The notes: generated from the sequence alone by a model not told the origin. DNA of 64,000 nt from Octopus vulgaris (GCA_951406725.2 CATOCA020000001.1:2666001-2730000), one strand, 5' to 3'; shown: positions 41,501 through 54,687, counted from the stretch's first letter. A program made the numbers and translations.

Positions 41501-42783
41501 TTAACAGCCCTTCTTATCTTGTTCTCCTTGTCCTGTCTCTCACTGTTATATATTTATTTTTCCACTGTTTATATATATATTTTTTACTGTTTATATGTTT
41601 GTACTGTCGTTACCGTCTTGCTTTTTTTACCCCTCTGCGAAAAGATCTCAGAATTTTAATTGATTTGCTTTTCGCAGGAAGGAAGTTTTCTTCGAAGTAT
41701 ACGTCTCGCTTTTATCCTTCGAAACGTTTAGTAGATGAAACCTTAGCGACTGAAGAAGGGGATTTTTCGTTGTGCTTATTGTCCTGTATCTCTTTTTTTT
41801 TGCTTGTCTTGTTCCTTGGTTTGTGTCTATGTTTTTCGTCTCTCTATGTGTTCGACGTCTTTTTTGTGTCCTGTACACATATATGCGTGTATATGTACAT
41901 GTAGAGGTAGGTACGTACATATATGTTTATATATATGCATATATTTCATTAACATATTATACGACTAAACGCACGCACCCTATTAAGTAAGATTGTTCTG
42001 TTTATCAAGTTAGCCTTGATATTAACTCTCACGCGACTCTGCATCTTTCTTTCTTTCTCTCCCATTCCCTTTTTCGTCTTTTTTCCCTCACTTAACTTGT
42101 CTCTTCCTCTCTCTCTCCCCCTCACTGTTCTTCATGGTCTCCTCGCACCATTCCCCTTCTTCTCTCTCTTCCTCTTGCTCCTCCTCCCCCATTCCCGTCG
42201 TCCATCTGCGACGATACTTCCGTCGTAACTGCTATCCTGTCTTTTCTCGCCCGCCTTCTAAGGCTACTGGTCGATATTCTTTCCCTCTCGTCGTCCACTA
42301 TAATCCAGCGTTTGCAATACTTTTTTCGTCTGGCGTTAACAGCCCTTCTTATCTTGTTCTCATTGTCCTGTCTCTCACTGTTATATATTTATTTTTCCAC
42401 TGTTTATATATATATTTTTTACTGTTTATATGTTTGTACTGTCGTTACCGTCTTGCTTTTTTTACCCCTCTGCGAAAAGATCTCAGAATTTTAATTGATT
42501 TGCTTTTCGCAGGAAGGAAGTTTTCTTCGAAGTATACGTCTCGCTTTTATCCTTCGAAACGTTTAGATGAAACCTTAGCGACTGAAGAAGGGGATTTTTC
42601 GTTGTGCTTATTGTCCTGTATCCCTTTTTTTTTTGCTTGTCTTGTTCCTTGGTTTGTGTCTATGTTTTTCGTCTCTCTATGTGTTCGACGTCTTTTTTGT
42701 GTCCTGTACACATATATGCGTGTATATGTACATGTAGAGGTAGGTACGTACATATATGTTTATATATATGCATATATTTCATT

Positions 42784-42790
<7 letters not shown>
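41501..42790. repeat. About 450-bp direct repeat (41501-41957 and 42336-42790) around a pyrimidine-rich spacer
   Basis: ttaacagcccttcttatcttgttctc...gcatatatttcattaacatat is present twice, near-identical. Confidence 0.9.
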
Positions 42791-42839
<49 letters not shown>

Positions 42840-42913
42840 TATAAATATATGTATATATAAATATATACATATAAATATATACATATAAATATATAAATAT
42901 ATACATATATATA

Positions 42914-45690
42914 AAACGGAGGTACGCAGATGTGGTGCGTACCACAAACCACCAACGTATTGTTGAAAGGGCAGCTGCTGAGCAGGAATCTTTTTTGTGC
43001 ATGGCACAAAAGATTGTACAGCAGCTAACCTGGCTCCATCAGGCTCAGGCTCGCAGATGGAACTGCCCACAGTTCACAAGACCGCCACAGCAGATGGACC
43101 CAGGGTGGACACCGCCGGCAACAGCATACACCTCACCTCGATGCTCCTACTGAACATCAGAGGACTACTAGCACACAGTAACAGGACAAAAGTCCCGTTC
43201 CTGAGAGACTTTGAAGCATGCAATCAAGCCTTATGCATAGCACTCACAGAAACGCATCTGAAACCGGACATAGCAGATGCGGAATTACACATACCACAGT
43301 ATGTTGTACTACGGACCGACAGGAAAGAAAGGAGTCATGGAGGAGTTGCTATGTACATCCGTGGGGACCTCACACCCCAGGTCCTTTTGTCATACTCAAA
43401 CTCGGTGTGTGACACACTAATTGTACACATAAGGCAACTTGATGTAGTTGTGTGTGCTACATATCGCCCTCCAGATGCCCCAAGTCATATGGGCAAGTTT
43501 GAGGACTGCCTTTTAAAAATAGAAGAAGTTCTAATCACATTAGAACAACACATAAGTGTACTTCTCTTGGGAGACTTCAATCTACCCAATGTCAGATGGC
43601 CCGAGGGCCTTTCTCTCCCAGGAATGACAAGATGTGAACGAGGACAGGCGAGGTCCCTCCTGAACCTCATCAACACCCTGTACATGGAGCAAGTAATACT
43701 CCAACCAACCAGAGCAGGTAACACACTGGATCTTTGCTTCACAAATAATATGGATCTCATCCATAATGTGAAAGTGACACCGACACTACTCTCGGATCAC
43801 AACATGGTAGAGCTGTACACAAGAACAAAATCCCCAGAGAGAGGAAAATTTTAATGAGACGGCGTACAAAAATTTCAAATCGCCTAAACAAACAAATTGA
43901 AAGCAGTGAAAAGTCCCGCCTGAAAATAAAACTGTTAGAAATTGAAAATTGTCTGCAACTCTCCCATGAGAAGGAGAGAGCAGACAAAGAAGCCTGGGCT
44001 ATAGACAACATAAAAACTAACCCCAGAGCTTTCTACAGGTATGCCAAAGAAACAGCTACGGTGCACTGTAGGATAGGGCCACTCCTTGAAAAGGATGGCA
44101 CACTCACAGGAAAACCAATGAGGGTAAGTGAAATACTGAATGAACAATTCAAGAGTGTTTTCACCCCACCCCTTGGGCATTTCCAAATCAGCAATCCAAC
44201 TGACTTCTTTACCTCTGCAGATATAGAATCAGAGGCGGCGACGATAAATTACATCGATATAAAGGAAGACGATGTAATAAAGGCTATAGATGAAATGAAA
44301 ACAGACTCAGCTACTGGCCCCGATGGATTCCCGGCAATCCTCCTAAAAGTATGTAAGAGAGTCCTAGCAAGACCATTGCAGTTCCTCTTTCAGAGCTTCC
44401 TTGCAGCTGGCAAACTTCCAAGAAAACTGAAGGAAGGTAAAATATGCCCTATTCATAAAGGAGGTAGCAGAGCGGAGGCCAAGAACTACAGACCTATCTC
44501 TCTGACCTCACACATCAGCAAGGTCATGGAACGAATAGTCAGAAGGAAACTAATCACCTTCCTTGAAGAAAATGACTTGCTGCCTGACACCCAACATGGT
44601 TTCCGACCAGGAAGAAGCTGCTTAACTCAGCTCCTGCAGCACTATGACTGGGTGCTGAAACAACTGCTCAACCACTCAAATGTGGAAGTCATATATCTCG
44701 ACTTCGCAAAGGCATTCGATAAAGTCGATCATGGAATGATATGTCACAAACTGCGTGATCTTGGCATAGTTGGAAAACTAGGAGAATGGCTTCATGACTT
44801 TCTGAAGAATAGAAGTCAGGTGGTAGCAGCCAATGGGGCCACTTCCATTAGCACGCAAATAGTGAGCGGTGTTCCACAGGGCACTGTTTTGGGACCACTA
44901 CTGTTCATAATGGCCCTCTCAGACATGCCCTCAGCCACGCGGAGAGCCACGATCACAAGTTATGCAGATGATACAAAAGTTTCACAGGCAATACAGAACC
45001 CTGAAGACACTAAGCACCTGCAATGTGAGCTGGACAAAATATACAAGTGGGCTGAAAAGAATAGCATGCAGTTCAATGCTGAAAAGTTTCAAGCTTTATA
45101 CTATCAGCATGCAAAACTGAATGCAATACCCAATGAATACACTGGACCCGGAGGGATTGCAATCCCAGAGGCACAATCAGTGCGTGACCTGGGTATTCAT
45201 ATGCGTGATGACGCGACCTTTCATGTACATGTTGCTAAACTGACAATGAAATGCAGACGGCTGGCTGGATGGATTCTTAGAACCTTTAGAACAAGAGAAC
45301 AAGAAACAATGATGGTCCTCTGGAAGACACTTGTCCTAAGCCACTTTGACTATTGCTCTCAGCTATGGTCACCATCCAGTGTCAAGTTGATCACAGAACT
45401 TGAGGCGATCCAACGAAGCTACACGAGCTACTGGGAGAGACTCAAGAGATTAAAGCTCTATTCCCTGGAGCGTAGGCGAGAAAGATATGCCATAATATAT
45501 ATCTGGAAGATCCTGGAAGGTCTTGTCCCAGACTTTGGCATCGAGAGTCACACAAACGCCAGAACCGGACGCCACTGTTGTAGGACAAGATAGTACCAAG
45601 GACTCCGAAAACCTTGCCATCAAGTCTGGAGAACCAACAAGATATTGCAGATAGCCTGGGCTGCATCAGAGGCCCACGGCTCGTGAGGTA
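42914..45690 (+). mobile_element. CR1-like LINE family A copy 2 (longer 5' end, 229-bp internal deletion, scrambled 3' end)
   Basis: ORFs 42997-43854 (APE) and 43854-45593 (579-aa RT with YLDFAKAFD, GVPQGTVLGP, YADD) are highly similar to 30121-33230. Confidence 0.93.
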
Positions 45691-45774
45691 AATGTAGCAA
45701 ACCCTCCCACAGCACACCTCGAAGAACAAAATGAGGGACAAAATATATAATATATATATGTATATATGCGGATA

Positions 45775-45821
<47 letters not shown>

Positions 45822-45824
<3 letters not shown>

Positions 45825-46027
45825 GCTTTGTCGGTGAACAGGTCACCGTCTCAAAGCGACGAAAATATTTGGACATCTAACGGTTTTTGTGTGTTTCAAA
45901 TGGCGTTTGCTAAACACCTTCCATGCTGAAATTGTTTTCGTTCCAGCACACGATATCAGATCAGGTCACTTGCTATGCAAGCTCATCTGCTGAAATGGAT
46001 ATATATGTATATATAAAATCATATATC

Positions 46028-46088
<61 letters not shown>

Positions 46089-46261
46089 GCTTTGTCAGTG
46101 AACAGGTCACCGTCTCAAAGCGACGAAAATATTTGGACATCTAACGGTTTTTGTGTGTTTCTTAAATGGCTTATAAACACCTTCCATGCTGAAATTGTTT
46201 TCGTTCCAGCACACGATATCAGATCAGGTCACTTGCTATGCAAGTACATCTCCGTAATATA

Positions 46262-46359
<98 letters not shown>

Positions 46360-46525
46360 GCTTTGTCAGTGAACAGGTCACCGTCTCAAAGCGACGAAAA
46401 TATTTGGACATCTAACGGTTTTTGTGTGTTTCTTAAATGGCTTATAAACACCTTCCATGCTGAAATTGTTTTCGTTCCAGCACACGATATCAGATCAGGT
46501 CACTTGCTATGCAAGTACATCTCCG

Positions 46526-46597
<72 letters not shown>

Positions 46598-46793
46598 GAA
46601 ACTTTGTCAGTGAACAGGTCGCGGTCGGAAAGCGACGAAAATATTTTAACAAATTCAATTTAAATGTTGAAGTGAATCTAACGGTTTTTGTGTGTTTCTT
46701 AAATCGCTTATAAACACCTTCCACGCTGCAATTATTTTCGTTCCAGCACGCGATCTCAGACCAGGTCACTTGCTATGCAGGTACATCTCCGTA
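45822..46793 (+). repeat. Four more TA-separated units of the G3-C8 hammerhead repeat
   Basis: Units start at about 45822, 46086, 46356 and 46598. Confidence 0.88.
46603..46653 (+). ncRNA. Best-preserved G3-C8 hammerhead variant
   Basis: tttgtca-GTGAACA-g-gtcgc[ggtcggaaa]gcgac-GAAA-atat-TT-taacaaa. Confidence 0.6.
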
Positions 46794-47040
46794 ATGTACT
46801 TTATTGCTACACAGAAATAAGTAAAAAAAAAAAAAAACCAAGAAAAAACATTTTCTAGTAAAAAAATTGTTTTATTGAATTAGAAAAAAATTCATTTTAA
46901 TTAACAATAAAACAAATCAGTAAATCCGGGAATCTTGTTAGTGTTTGTTGTATTGGTTGCAGTACTGGTACTATCAGTGGTATTGTCTTGGTGGTAGTTG
47001 TTCCTAGGGATTCTCATGTTGCTGTAACTAGTAGTAGTAG

Positions 47041-47425
47041 TAATTAGTTAGATAATTAGTTAGTTAGTTAGTTAGTTCATTTTTGGCTCAAAAAGCAAAA
47101 AGCAAGGCCATGTAGGGGGGACATGGAGTTATGTACAGGGTGGTGTTCATGTAAAGAGTTCAGGCCATTTCTGGTCAAGGGAGACTTTGAACCGAGCGGT
47201 CGTCAGCATCTTCACCATCTCGTCCGGAAGCTTGTTCCACGGATCCGCAACCCGGACGGAGAAAGACCCTCTCCTTCGACTGAGATGAGATCGTCGCAGA
47301 TAGAGCTTTTCGGAGTGACCCCGCAACCTACGCTCTGGAGCAGGAGTGAAGAACAGCTCTTTCGAGAGGTTACACTTTCCGCTTATGATGTTGTGAGCAA
47401 GAATGAGATCACCACGGCGTCGTCT
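47041..47425 (-). mobile_element. 3' end of a third CR1-like LINE with a (TAAC)n tail
   Basis: Minus strand translates RRRRGDLILAHNIISGK...LRGHSEKL...FSVRVADPWNKLPDEMV....RFKVSLDQKWPELFT* (stop at 47147), followed by a short UTR and ctaactaactaac. Confidence 0.85.
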
Positions 47426-47429
47426 AGGG

Positions 47430-48570
47430 GGTATGGAGAAAATCAGGTGTAGTGTTGGTGAATCTCAGGAAGCATGGAAGTTTTGAAGGATGCAGTGCTC
47501 CGACAACTAACAACTGATGCCGGCAGTTTGTTCCATGCTTCAGCGTGTGTATGGAGGGGAGAAGATCAGGTGTAGTGTTGGCGAATCTCAGGAAGCATGG
47601 AAGTTTTGAAGGATGCAGTGCTCCGACAACTAACAACTGATACCGGCAGTTTGTTCCATGCTTCAGCGTGTGTATGGAGGGGAGAAGATCAGGTGTAGTG
47701 TTGGCTAATCTCAGGAAGCATGGAAGTTTTGAAGGATGCAGTGCTCCGACAACTAACAACTGATGCCGGCAGTTTGTTCCATGCTTGTGTGTGTATGGAT
47801 GGGAGAAAATCAGGTGTAGTGTTGGCGAATCTCAGGAAGCATGGAAGTTTTGAAAGATGCAGTGCTCCGATAACTAACAACTGATGCCGGCAGTTTGTTC
47901 CATGCTTCAGCGTGTGTATGGAAGGGACAAAATCAGGTGTAGTGTTGGCGAATCTCAGGAAGCATGGAAGTTTTGAAGGATGCAGTGCTCCGATAACTAA
48001 CAACTGATGCCGGCAGTTTGTTCCATGCTTCAGCAACTCTCAGCGTGAAAAAATGTTTCCTGAAGTCATGGGAGCTGTGCTGTTTTCTGACTTTCTAAAT
48101 ATGACCACGGGTGTTAGATGGGTGGAGTTTGAAAAGGTGCTCAGAGTTATTGTTTGTAAGATGGTTAATAATTTTATGGGTGTCTGCCAAGTCAGCTGCC
48201 AGACGTCGGAGTTTCAATGTATCCATGCCCAGGGAAGTAAGGCGTTCAGAATATGGCAAATTCCTGATGGAGGTTATTCTTTTGGTTGCACATCGCTGAA
48301 CGGCTTCCAGACGATTGATATCCTGGGCAAGAAAGGGGTTCCAGACCGGTGATGCAAATTCCAGGTGAGATCTTACCATAGCTATATAAAGCCGCAGATA
48401 GATAGTCGGAGAGCGGCTCACAAAGTGAGTGATGCCAAGACACCCTCAGCCTTCTTGGCAATTTTAGCAATGTGTTTTGTCCAACACGAATCTCTGTCGA
48501 CAATAATACCCAGGTCACGTTCACAAGAAGACTTTTTGAGATTAGTGTTGTGGAGGGAGTAATTGGACGC
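47430..48570 (-). mobile_element. 3' fragment of a fourth CR1-like LINE whose last 123 bp are present five times in tandem
   Basis: ERDLGIIVD, VRSHLEFASPVWNP, LEAVQRCATK, YSERL..LRRL, then AWNKLPASVV...FKTSM units with caggtgtag at 47444, 47567, 47690, 47811 and 47934. Confidence 0.88.
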
Positions 48571-48754
48571 TGGGTAGTAAAAAATATATGTAAAAGAAGG
48601 AAGGAAAATCAATGTTTTTTCGTCCTATCTTCCGTTGTCACTTTCCGTGATGAATATTTTAATTATTATTGTTGAAGCTGTTGTCATCGTCTTAATTCTT
48701 GTTCTTGCATTTGTTGTTGTTGTTGTTATAGCAATTGCTGCTGATTTTTTTGTG

Positions 48755-49043
48755 CGCCCTTTCCAAGCCTAGCCTAACCCTAACCCTCATGGGCCCGGTT
48801 TCCCGGTTTCTGTGGCGTATGTGTTCCCCCACCCTCTGCGTTACCCAAGAAACAGGAAGAAAGTATGAGAGAAAGTTGGGGCGAAAAAGTAGAACAGGGG
48901 GTCGCCACCGACCCCTGCCGGAGCCTCGTGGAGCTTTTAGGTGTTTTCGCTCAATAAACACACACAACGCCCGGTCTGGGAATCGAAACCGCGATCCTCC
49001 GACCACGAATCCGCTGCCCTAACCACTGGGCCATTGCGCCTCA

Positions 49044-49086
<43 letters not shown>

Positions 49087-50830
49087 CGTGATCGACCAGG
49101 CTATCAGATGTTGTTACACATCGCTGGTCACAATGCCCTTCGCATTGTTTAAGCCTTCGAATGACGCCACCCCGCTGGCTAGGCGAGCAGGCCAACAGAA
49201 GAAAGAGTACAACAGGGGTCGCCAGCGACCCCTGCCGGAGCCTCGTGGAGCTTTTAGGTGTTTTCGCTCAATAAACACACACAACGCCCGGTCTGGGAAT
49301 CGAAACCGCGATCCTCCGACCACGAGTCCGCTGCCCTAACCACTGGGCCATTGCGCCTCCACAAAATAAATTCGCCCTTTTCAAGCCTAGCCGGGCTCGT
49401 GGGCCCGGTTTCCCGGTTTTTGTGGCGTATGTGTTCCCCCTCCCCTCAGCGTTACCCAAGAAACAGAAAGAGAGAGTGAGAAAAAGTTGTGACAAATGAG
49501 TACAACAGGGGTCGCCACCGACCCCTGCCGGAGTCTCGTAGAGCTTTTAGGCGTTTTCGCTCAAGTGAAGCACTCCGTCGGTTACGACGACGAGGGTTCC
49601 GGTTGATCCGAATCAACGGAACAGCCTGCTCGTGAAATTACCGTGTAAGTGGCTGAGCACTCCACAGACACATGCACCCTTAACGGAGTTCTCGGCGATA
49701 TTCAGCGTGACACAGATAGTGACAAGGCCGGCCCTTTGAAATACAGGTACAACAGAAACAGGAAGAAAGAGTGAGAGAAAGTTGTGGTGAAAGAGTACAA
49801 CAGGGGTCGCCACCGACCCCTGCCGGAGCCTCGTGGAGCTTTTAGGTGTTTTTGCTCAATAAACACTCACAACGCCCGGTACAACAGGTACAACAGAAAC
49901 AGGAAGTAAGAGTGAGAGAAAGTTGTGGTGAAAGAGTACAAGAGGGGTCGCCACCGACCCCTGCCGGAGCCTCGTGGAGCTTTCTGGTGTTTTCGCTCAA
50001 TAAACACTCACAACGCCCGGTACAACAGGAACAACAGAAACAGGAAGTAAGAGTGAGAGAAAGTTGTGGTGAAAGAGTACAACAGGGGTCGCCACCCCAC
50101 CCCCTGCCGGAGCCTCGTGGAGCTTTTAGGTGTTTTCGCTCAATAAACACACACAACGCCCGGTCTGGGAATCGAAACCGCGATCCTCCGACCACGAGTC
50201 CGCTGCCCTAACCACTGGGCCATTGCGCCTCCACAAAATAAATTCGCCCATTTCAAGCCTAGCCGGGCTCATGGGCCGGGTTTCCCGGTTTCTGTGGCGT
50301 ATGTGTCCCCCACCCCAGCAGGACGGGACGTTACCCAAGAGTCAGAAAGAGAGAGTGAGAGAAAGTTGTGGCAAATGAGTACAACAGGGGTCGCCACCAC
50401 CCCCTGCCGGAGCCTCGTGGAGCTTTTAGGCGTTTTCGCTCAATAAACACACACAACGCCCGGTCTGGGAATCGAAACCGCGATCCTCCGACCACGAATC
50501 CGCTGCCCTAACCACTGGGCCATTGCGCCTCCACAAAATAAATTCGCCCATTTCAAGCCTAGCCGGGCTCATGGCCGGGTTTCCCGGTTTCTGTGGCGTA
50601 TGTGACCCCCACCCCAGCAGGACGGGACGTTACCCAAGAAACAGAAAGAGAGAGTGAGAGAAAGTTGTGGCAAATGAGTACAACAGGGGTCGCCACCACC
50701 CCTGCCGGAGCCTCGTGGAGCTTTTAGGCGTTTTCGCTCAATAAACACACACAACGCCCGGTCTGGGAATCGAAACCGCGATCCTCCGACCACGAATCCG
50801 CTGCCCTAACCACCGGGCCATTGCGCATCC
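48755..50830 (-). mobile_element. Cluster of tandem and partial tRNA-SINEs (head type A) with three different tails
   Basis: Head ...ccgctgccctaaccactgggccattgcgcctc recurs at about 49040, 49358, 50230, 50530 and 50830; internal duplications of about 118 bp at 49745-50160. Confidence 0.88.
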
Positions 50831-50896
50831 ACTGCAGTTTTTTTTTTAGTGTTCTTGCTATTGCTGGAGTCGCCGAGAATTCAAATAGCTTTGTGC

Positions 50897-50969
<73 letters not shown>

Positions 50970-51026
50970 AGGTGTGTTTCAATGAAAATTCAATAAAAGT
51001 AGATGTGGAAGGAACATTGGTGGAGC

Positions 51027-51110
51027 TTAAAAGACTTCGTCCTGTTTCGGGTGCACAGTAAAGGCTCCGCGGCCCCGGAAGTACTTGGACCCTTTATCGA
51101 GAGCAGTCGA
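51027..51110 (-). CDS. DCLK: Doublecortin-like kinase, terminal coding exon
   Basis: ttttttgcAG|TCG...TAA encodes STALDKGSKYFRGRGAFTVHPKQDEVF*; the TALDK motif follows the autoinhibitory tail as in vertebrate DCLK1. Confidence 0.88.
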   Translation of the reverse strand, partial: STALDKGSKYFRGRGAFTVHPKQDEVF

Positions 51111-51214
51111 CTGCAAAAAAAAACAAAAAAACGAAAAATAAAAAAATAAATAAATAAAAAGCAATAAAAAACGTAAAACTGTTTCAATTCCATTTTTTTA
51201 ATGAAAAAAAAATT

Positions 51215-52492
51215 CGTTTCAGTCATTTCACTGCGGCCATGCTGGAGCACCGCCTGCCTTTAGCCGAGCAAATCGACCCCGGGACTTATTCTTTGTAAGC
51301 CCAGTACTTATTCTATCGGTCTCTCTTTGCCGAACCGCTAAGTAACGCTAGGGGGGGACAAACACAGACACACACACTTATATATATATATACATATATA
51401 CGACAGGCTTCTTTCAGTTTCCGTCTACCAAATCCACTCACAAGGCTTTATATATATATATATACTCTTTTACTCTTTTACTTGTTTCAGTCATTTGACT
51501 GCGGCCATGCTGGAGCACCGCCTTTTTAGTCGAGCAAATCGACCCCGGGACTTATTCTTTGTTAGCCCAGTACTTATTCTATCGGTCTTTTTTGCCGAAC
51601 CGCTAAGTGACGGGGACGTAAACACACCAGCATCGACCCCGGGACTTATTCTTTGTAAGCCCAGTACTTATTCTATCGGTCTCTTTTGCCGAACCGCTAA
51701 GTGACGAGGACGTAAACACACCAGCATCGACCCTGGGACTTATTCTTTGTAAGCCCAGTACTTATTCTATCGGTCTCTTTTGCCGAACCGCTAAGTGACG
51801 GGGACGTAAACACACCAGCATCGACCCTGGGACTTATTCTTTGTAAGCCCAGTACTTATTCTATCGGTCTCTTTTGCCGAACCGCTAAGTGACGGGGACG
51901 TAAACACACCAGCATCGACCCTGGGACTTATTCTTTGTAAGTCCAGTACTTATTCTATCGGTCTCTTTTGCCGAACCGCTAAGTGACGGGGACGTAAACA
52001 CACCAGCATCGACTCCGGGACTTATTCTTTGTAAGCCCAGTACTTATTCTATCGGTCTCTTTTGCCGAACCGCTAAGTGACGGGGACGTAAACACACCAG
52101 CATCGACCCTGGGACTTATTCTTTGTAAGCCCAGTACTTATTCTATCGGTCTCTTTTGCCGAACCGCTAAGTGACGGGGACGTAAACACACCAGGATCGA
52201 CCCTGGGACTTATTCTTTGTAAGTCCAGTACTTATTCTATCGGTCTCTTTTGCCGAACCGCTAGGTGACGGGGACGTAAACACACCAGCATCGACCCTGG
52301 GACTTATTCTTTGTTAGCCCAGTACTTATTCTATCGGTCTCTTTTGCCGAACCGCTAAGTGACGGGGACATAAACACACCAGCATCGACCCTGGGACTTA
52401 TTCTTTGTAAGCCCATTACTTATTCTATCGGTCTCTTTTGCCGAACCGCTAGGTGACGGGGACGTAAACACACCAGCATCGACCCTGGGACT
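51215..52492 (-). repeat. CORE-like SINE 3' halves plus a 94-bp tandem array (10 units, 51538-52492) derived from the SINE tail; intronic
   Basis: atcgacc at 51538, 51632, 51726...52478 (period 94). Confidence 0.92.
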
Positions 52493-52545
52493 TAGATAGA
52501 TAGATAGATAGATAGATAGACAGACAGATAGATAGACAGACAGAC

Positions 52546-52588
<43 letters not shown>

Positions 52589-52620
52589 CAGAGATAGATA
52601 GATAGATAGATAGATAGATA

Positions 52621-53574
52621 TGTTTCTTTATTAGCCACACAGGGCTGCACACAGATAGAACAAATTACAAGGTAGAGCTTTTCTTTTGAAGGTTTAAAAA
52701 AAAAAAAAAAAGGAAGGGGGAGTTTCTGATCAAAAGGGATCGTAAAAGGAGAGAAAGAGGACAAAAAAGGGGGGTTAAAAAAAGGGGAGAGAAAAAAAAC
52801 AATTGATCAATAGGGATCGTTATCACAGAAATGTCAATATGAAGTGTAAAGGGGAGGACAGGTGAGGTTTACCCGTGGAAAGAAAAAGCCTACGGAAAAG
52901 ACCACGGTAACCTCGGTCAATGAAGTCACATTTTATATTTCTTTTTTTTTTTTTTTTTTGCAAATAAGCAACTCTCTGTTTTCAATTTCTGGGTTCATAG
53001 GATCATGCTCAAGGTGGCTTCGTCATTCATACGTACCATTCTTGCTACATTCACCCATCTTTTTTTAAAACATTCGCTAGACAAATCTTGCCTCTCTACT
53101 CTCACTTTCCTTTTCAAGTGGTACTTGAAGAAGTTGATGAGAGATTGACCAGAGAGGAAAGTGTTTGTCTCAATCCTTTCAGACGCGTCCACCAGATACA
53201 TTCTTTCGCCATAGCCACAAGGATGATGAAAATAGCTCTTCCTTCCCGTTTGAAGGAAGGAGGCGTGACAATATTGACGATAGACTCAGCTGATAAACCG
53301 ACTCGTCCCACACGTGGCAGCAGTTGTTCGACATAAGCCCACAGGTCGGAAATTGTTGGACACTGCACGAGTGCGTGCAGAACGGTTTCGTCGCTCTGAC
53401 CGCATCTCGGGCAGGTCGGCCCCGTGTTTCTCGAGCCGTGTCTGTAGAGCTTATCCCGAACGGGTAGCGCTTCTCGGTAGCACTGCCAGGCCAGGGATCT
53501 CTGGAAGTTGTCCATGGGCCCTGGCCCGAAAGTCGTCCTTGAACAGGCGGGTCAGGTACTCCTCGTCGACGTCC

Positions 53575-53575
<1 letters not shown>
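52621..53575 (-). mobile_element. 5'-truncated L1/Tx1-like LINE (zf-RVT C-terminus + 3' UTR) embedded in (GATA)n
   Basis: ORF 53114-53515 LPVRDKLYRHG...TCPRCGQSDETVLHALVQCP...LW is the CxxC-x8-H-x4-C zf-RVT signature; AK..IW..R follows; terminal AATAAA. (GATA)n lies on both sides. Confidence 0.88.
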
Positions 53576-54380
<805 letters not shown>

Positions 54381-54554
54381 CACAGAATACAATCTACAGA
54401 TTGTTCTGCTTATAATTCCATTCCTAATTCATCCAGACATATCCAAAAATTATGGTTCTATGAAAGATACACAGGATCGAACTCCGATCTCAGATTTTAA
54501 AAATATTAAAAAAAAATTTGTCTTTTCACATTATTTGAAGAATTTTTCACTTAC

Positions 54555-54653
54555 TGCTATGACTGCCAAACCATCTTTTGGTTTTTTGGTACGTGTGAAA
54601 TATTGGTTCAATTCCTTGGCCACATGTAATTTGTTATCTTTCGCAGTGTCATT
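54555..54653 (-). CDS. DCLK: DCLK internal exon (C-terminal regulatory tail), 99 bp, phase 0/0
   Basis: tttcctAG|NDTAKDNKLHVAKELNQYFTRTKKPKDGLAVIA|GTaag parallels the DCLK1 tail (...SVAGKIKKHF...GVSVIA). Confidence 0.85.
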
Positions 54654-54687
54654 CTAGGAAATTAGGAGAAAAGAAAATTATTATTTA

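Noticed and set aside
50971-51060. Plus-strand exon-like ORF VCFNENSIKVDVEGTLVELKRLRP
   Set aside because: It overlaps the much better supported minus-strand DCLK terminal exon.
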